Assembly (NCBI GenBank): GCA_028707065.1
Contig: JAQTUZ010000001.1
Coordinates: 98,737-162,736 of the forward strand
Reading direction: 5' to 3'
DNA from: Patescibacteria group bacterium
GTDB taxonomy: Bacteria > Patescibacteriota > Patescibacteriia > Patescibacteriales > WJLG01
Length of the DNA: 64,000 bases
A program made the position numbers and the translations under genes. Positions 60,891 to 64,000 of the stretch are shown here, one piece after another (the first letter of the stretch is position 1; each line of letters starts with the position of its first letter). Below the pieces are notes generated by a model. The model was not told where the DNA came from. It ran no database searches and saw nothing but the letters and a program-made list of their open reading frames with translations.

Positions 60891-61008
60891 TCCCCTCCCC
60901 AGGAGGCCCGCCTCCGCTAAAGCTGCGGCAGGGCAAGGGTGGCTCATCTTGAAAAAGATAGCTTGCCCAGCGAAGCTCCGCCGCGGAGCGAAGTTGGGGG
61001 GTGGGTTT
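60891..61008 (+). repeat. long-A element, intergenic copy
   Basis: Collinear with 5168-5285 in murD. Confidence 0.85.
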
Positions 61009-61023
61009 CATTAAATAATTATC

Positions 61024-61548
61024 ATGGAAAAAATAGTCATTCCGCCAAATGAAACCGAAGACCTGTTTAACAAACTGACTCTGCAAGGAGCCGGCCGTGG
61101 TTATTTTTTGAATCACAACGAAAAAATGGCGAAGAGCCTGTGCGAAGCCTTGTTGAAAAATGAAAAGCGCTACGGCCATCAGGTTTGTCCTTGCCGCCTT
61201 TCGGCCGGCAGCCGCGAAGCTGACCTGGACGTAATTTGTCCGTGCGATTATCGCGATCCTGATCTCCTTCAATATGGCGTCTGTTACTGCGGCCTCTACG
61301 TCACTAAAAAAATCTTTAACGATAAAACGCCGACCAAACCGATTCCCGAGCGGCGCCCTAATAAAGAAATAAGATTACAAAATAAACAAAAATACATGGA
61401 AGAACAAAACCAACCCAAAAATATCAACAAATTGCCTTATCCCGTGATGCGTTGCTCAGTCTGCGGTTACATCTGCGCCCGCGACGAAGCCCCCGAAGTC
61501 TGCCCGATCTGCGGCGCTTCTCACGACCGGTTCCAAAGATTCATTTAA
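61024..61548 (+). CDS. ferredoxin-thioredoxin reductase catalytic subunit-like protein fused to a rubredoxin-like domain
   Basis: CPCR...CPCDY...CYCGLY matches the FTR catalytic Cys pattern; C-terminal CSVCGY...CPICG. Confidence 0.75.
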   Translation: MEKIVIPPNETEDLFNKLTLQGAGRGYFLNHNEKMAKSLCEALLKNEKRYGHQVCPCRLSAGSREADLDVICPCDYRDPDLLQYGVCYCGLYVTKKIFNDKTPTKPIPERRPNKEIRLQNKQKYMEEQNQPKNINKLPYPVMRCSVCGYICARDEAPEVCPICGASHDRFQRFI

Positions 61549-61551
61549 CAA

Positions 61552-61574
61552 AACAGGCCGCGAGGCCTGTTTTC
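61552..61574 (+). terminator. stem-loop terminator
   Basis: AACAGGCC-gcga-GGCCTGTT followed by TTCGTTT. Confidence 0.6.
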
Positions 61575-61687
61575 GTTTGCTTTTATAGAAAATCAGTGCT
61601 ATAGATAATTGATGTTCTTTCCCAAGCGTCTAGCCGTGGCATAGCAATCCGCAAACCCCGGTCAAAGCGCAAAACAAAGGAGAGGTT

Positions 61688-62398
61688 ATGGCTACTAAAG
61701 CTCTTTCAGCAGGCCAGCAGCGGGAAATCATTTCCCGTATTGTCGGTCAGGTCGATTGGGATTCTCTTGATGGTGAATACTTACAAAAAAAGGTAATTAG
61801 TCTGCCACCAAAAGAATTCGGCAGGCAATTCACTGATTTTTTGCGTTACGGCTGCCAGTTTATCTTCAACAATCCCCGCCCCAAAGAACTTGCCCTCGTT
61901 GATTCTTATATTTTTCAGGATAAAAACTGGAAGGTTTGGAAGGGCCCGGTTGATGGCGATGGCTTATCCGGCGAAGAAGATATCGATTGGCGCTCGTTGG
62001 CGATCGATAAGATTGAGGCGCATAAACTAATTATCGCCGATTGTCTTTTGGAAGGCGAGAAAGTTATCGCCGCGGAAGAAATACGGCTGCGCCTAAGGAA
62101 GAGTAAAATTTTGATTCCGCTCGGCTTCAAAGCCTTTCAATATCTCTGGCTTGATTACCAGGCCGACCGTGGCGGTTCGATTCTTGAGTGGCTTTACCGG
62201 ACAAAAGGGATTAGGCACCTTAATTTTATGGGAACGATTTTCTACACTAATCACTCCGGTGGAATCGGTTCCGGTTCGCGGATAATGCCTTATTTTCTGC
62301 GGCAGCCCGATTATTACTCGGGTCTTTGGGAAGTTAGCGATGAGTGGATGGGTTGTGATTTCGGCAGCGATCGCCCGACCGCTTGTTACCAAGCTTAA
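61688..62398 (+). CDS. hypothetical protein
   Basis: 236 aa; AAGGAGAG Shine-Dalgarno; no family recognised. Confidence 0.5.
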   Translation: MATKALSAGQQREIISRIVGQVDWDSLDGEYLQKKVISLPPKEFGRQFTDFLRYGCQFIFNNPRPKELALVDSYIFQDKNWKVWKGPVDGDGLSGEEDIDWRSLAIDKIEAHKLIIADCLLEGEKVIAAEEIRLRLRKSKILIPLGFKAFQYLWLDYQADRGGSILEWLYRTKGIRHLNFMGTIFYTNHSGGIGSGSRIMPYFLRQPDYYSGLWEVSDEWMGCDFGSDRPTACYQA

Positions 62399-62407
62399 GT
62401 ATGATAG

Positions 62408-62442
62408 CCGCGGTTTCCATTTCGGAAACCGCGGATTTTTTT
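62408..62442 (+). terminator. rho-independent terminator
   Basis: CCGCGGTTTCC...GGAAACCGCGG followed by a T7 run. Confidence 0.75.
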
Positions 62443-62525
62443 GACTTTTGCCGGAATTATGATATTCTATTTTGAAACATTAAATTGGTTAGTACATTAT
62501 ATAACTTTAATGGAAAGGACCTTTT

Positions 62526-64000
62526 ATGAGCGACAGTCCGGAAATTCTGGTAGTTGATTTGGGATCGCAATACACGCAAGTTCTAGGAAGAACTTTGCGC
62601 GAAATACGCTATCGTTCGGTCATTTCTTCCCCGGTCAAGGCTGCCAAACAGCTGGAAAAATGGAAACCCAAGGGAATAATCCTCTCTGGCGGCCCGGCCA
62701 GTGTTGATGATAAAGATGCGCCGCAACCCCCCGAAGGAATTTTAAACCTGGGGATACCCGTACTGGGAATCTGCTACGGCATGCAATGGACAACGCGCGA
62801 ACTGGGCGGAATTATTACGAGAGAGGTTGAAAAAAAAGAATATAGCCAGGCGAACGTTCTTCTTTCCCGACACGACCCGCTCTTCGCCAATCTGCCTCGG
62901 TTGAACGGAAACGACGAAGTAATCGTCTGGGCAAGCCATGGCGACAGCGTCAAGGAATTGCCCAAGGGATTCAACCAGATCGGTGTTTCTTCGGATGGAA
63001 AAACTATCGCCGCCATGAGTTGCCCAGAAAAAAGGATCTGGGGGCTGCAATTCCATCCTGAAGTGACGCAATCAGCGCCCGGCAAAGAAATTTTAAGAAC
63101 ATTTCTTGCCGACATTTGCGGCTGCCAGCCGAACTGGGAACCTGAAGACGCAATCAAAGTAAAAAGGGAGGAAGCGCTCCGGATCATCGGTGATAAAAAA
63201 GCCATCATCGGTTTTAGCGGCGGCGTCGATTCTTCCACAGCAGCAGCGCTGCTGTCTCCGGTCTTGGGCGAAAGGCTGCTGGGAATTTGCATTGATACCG
63301 GATTCTTGCGGGAAGGCGAGCTGGAAGAAATAAGGAAAAATGCCAGCTTAGCCGGAGTAAAGTTGAAAATCGTACATGCGGCTCGCCGTTTCCGCCGAGC
63401 CATTGGCAATACCAATGACGCGGAAACAAAACGCCGGCGCTTCAAGAAGCTTTACGCCTTAATCTTGAAAGAGGAAGCCAAAAAATTCGGAGCCTCTTTC
63501 ATTATTCAAGGTACGCTGGCAACCGACATCATTGAATCGGGCAAGGCCGGGGAATCAGCCCTGATCAAGTCTCATCACAATGTCGGCCTGAATTTCGGGC
63601 TCGAAGAAATCCGGCCGTTCAGCGATTTATTCAAGTACGAGGTGCGCGATCTGGCCAGAAAAATGGGATTGCCGGAAAGTATTTCCGAGCGTCAGCCTTT
63701 TCCCGGCCCGGCTCTGCTTGTGAGAATTATCGGTAAATCAGCAACGCCCAAACGGATTAAGATCGTCCGTTGGGCCGATGCCAGAGTTACCGAGATTTTG
63801 AGGAAACACAATCTCTATGACGAAATTTCCCAGCTGATCGTGGCACTGGACTGCACGAAGACCGTCGGAATCAAGGGCGATGGCCGAGTCTATAGTTATG
63901 CAGTTATAGTCCGCGGCGTAAGCACGGTGGACTTCATGACTTTGCATGGCTATCAAATTCCGGCCGAGGTCAGGCGGGAAATCACCGCCACGGTTACCAA
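62526..64000 (+). CDS. guaA: GMP synthase (glutamine-hydrolysing), 3' end beyond the window
   Basis: Hand translation is open from ATG 62526 to the window edge; GATase GICYGMQ, PP-loop SGGVDSS, KSHHNVG, QPFPGP; absent from the ORF track because no stop lies in the window. Confidence 0.9.
   Translation, partial: MSDSPEILVVDLGSQYTQVLGRTLREIRYRSVISSPVKAAKQLEKWKPKGIILSGGPASVDDKDAPQPPEGILNLGIPVLGICYGMQWTTRELGGIITREVEKKEYSQANVLLSRHDPLFANLPRLNGNDEVIVWASHGDSVKELPKGFNQIGVSSDGKTIAAMSCPEKRIWGLQFHPEVTQSAPGKEILRTFLADICGCQPNWEPEDAIKVKREEALRIIGDKKAIIGFSGGVDSSTAAALLSPVLGERLLGICIDTGFLREGELEEIRKNASLAGVKLKIVHAARRFRRAIGNTNDAETKRRRFKKLYALILKEEAKKFGASFIIQGTLATDIIESGKAGESALIKSHHNVGLNFGLEEIRPFSDLFKYEVRDLARKMGLPESISERQPFPGPALLVRIIGKSATPKRIKIVRWADARVTEILRKHNLYDEISQLIVALDCTKTVGIKGDGRVYSYAVIVRGVSTVDFMTLHGYQIPAEVRREITATVT

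Noticed and set aside
1569-61008. GC-rich hairpin repeats as a CRISPR array
   Set aside because: Copies are scattered over 60 kb, differ in length and orientation, have no regular repeat-spacer periodicity, and no cas genes are present.

Overview
This is 64 kb of a moderately AT-rich bacterial chromosome coding on both strands. I count about 60 protein genes and 9 intact tRNAs, and I see no rRNA and no CRISPR array.

Gene content:
- Housekeeping: polA, murD, truB, a TrmH-like methyltransferase and guaA (partial at the 3' edge).
- Pyrimidine synthesis: a fused pyrE-pyrF, pyrC, and a fused pyrK-pyrD.
- Redox: rubrerythrin, and a glutaredoxin-like gene next to a ferredoxin-thioredoxin-reductase/rubredoxin fusion.
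- Signalling: two histidine kinases followed by four stand-alone receiver proteins.
- A compact type IV pilus locus: pilin, pilB, pilC, four more pilin-like genes, and pilM/N and pilO-like genes. It also encloses three large secreted proteins.

The gene set and overall style resemble a Candidate Phyla Radiation / Patescibacteria-type genome. That placement is inference only.

The most unusual signal is not a gene cassette but a population of small dispersed repeat families:
- GC-rich hairpin families, which I call A, long-A, B, C and E.
- An AT-rich hairpin family, F.
- AT-rich heptamer tracts.

These repeats occur in three kinds of place:
- In intergenic DNA.
- In frame inside ORFs: polA, murD and a Wzy/O-antigen-ligase-like gene. 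One copy supplies the stop codon of the TrmH-like gene.
- Inside the D-loop and T-loop of decayed tRNA gene fragments.

Three homing-type nucleases (GIY-YIG, HNH, LAGLIDADG) abut tRNA genes that carry partial tRNA duplications. A tRNA-Pro(GGG) gene lies between what look like the two halves of another tRNA-Pro-like gene.

All calls come from reading the sequence and the ORF track; no searches were run. Coordinates of RNA and repeat features may be off by 1-3 nt.
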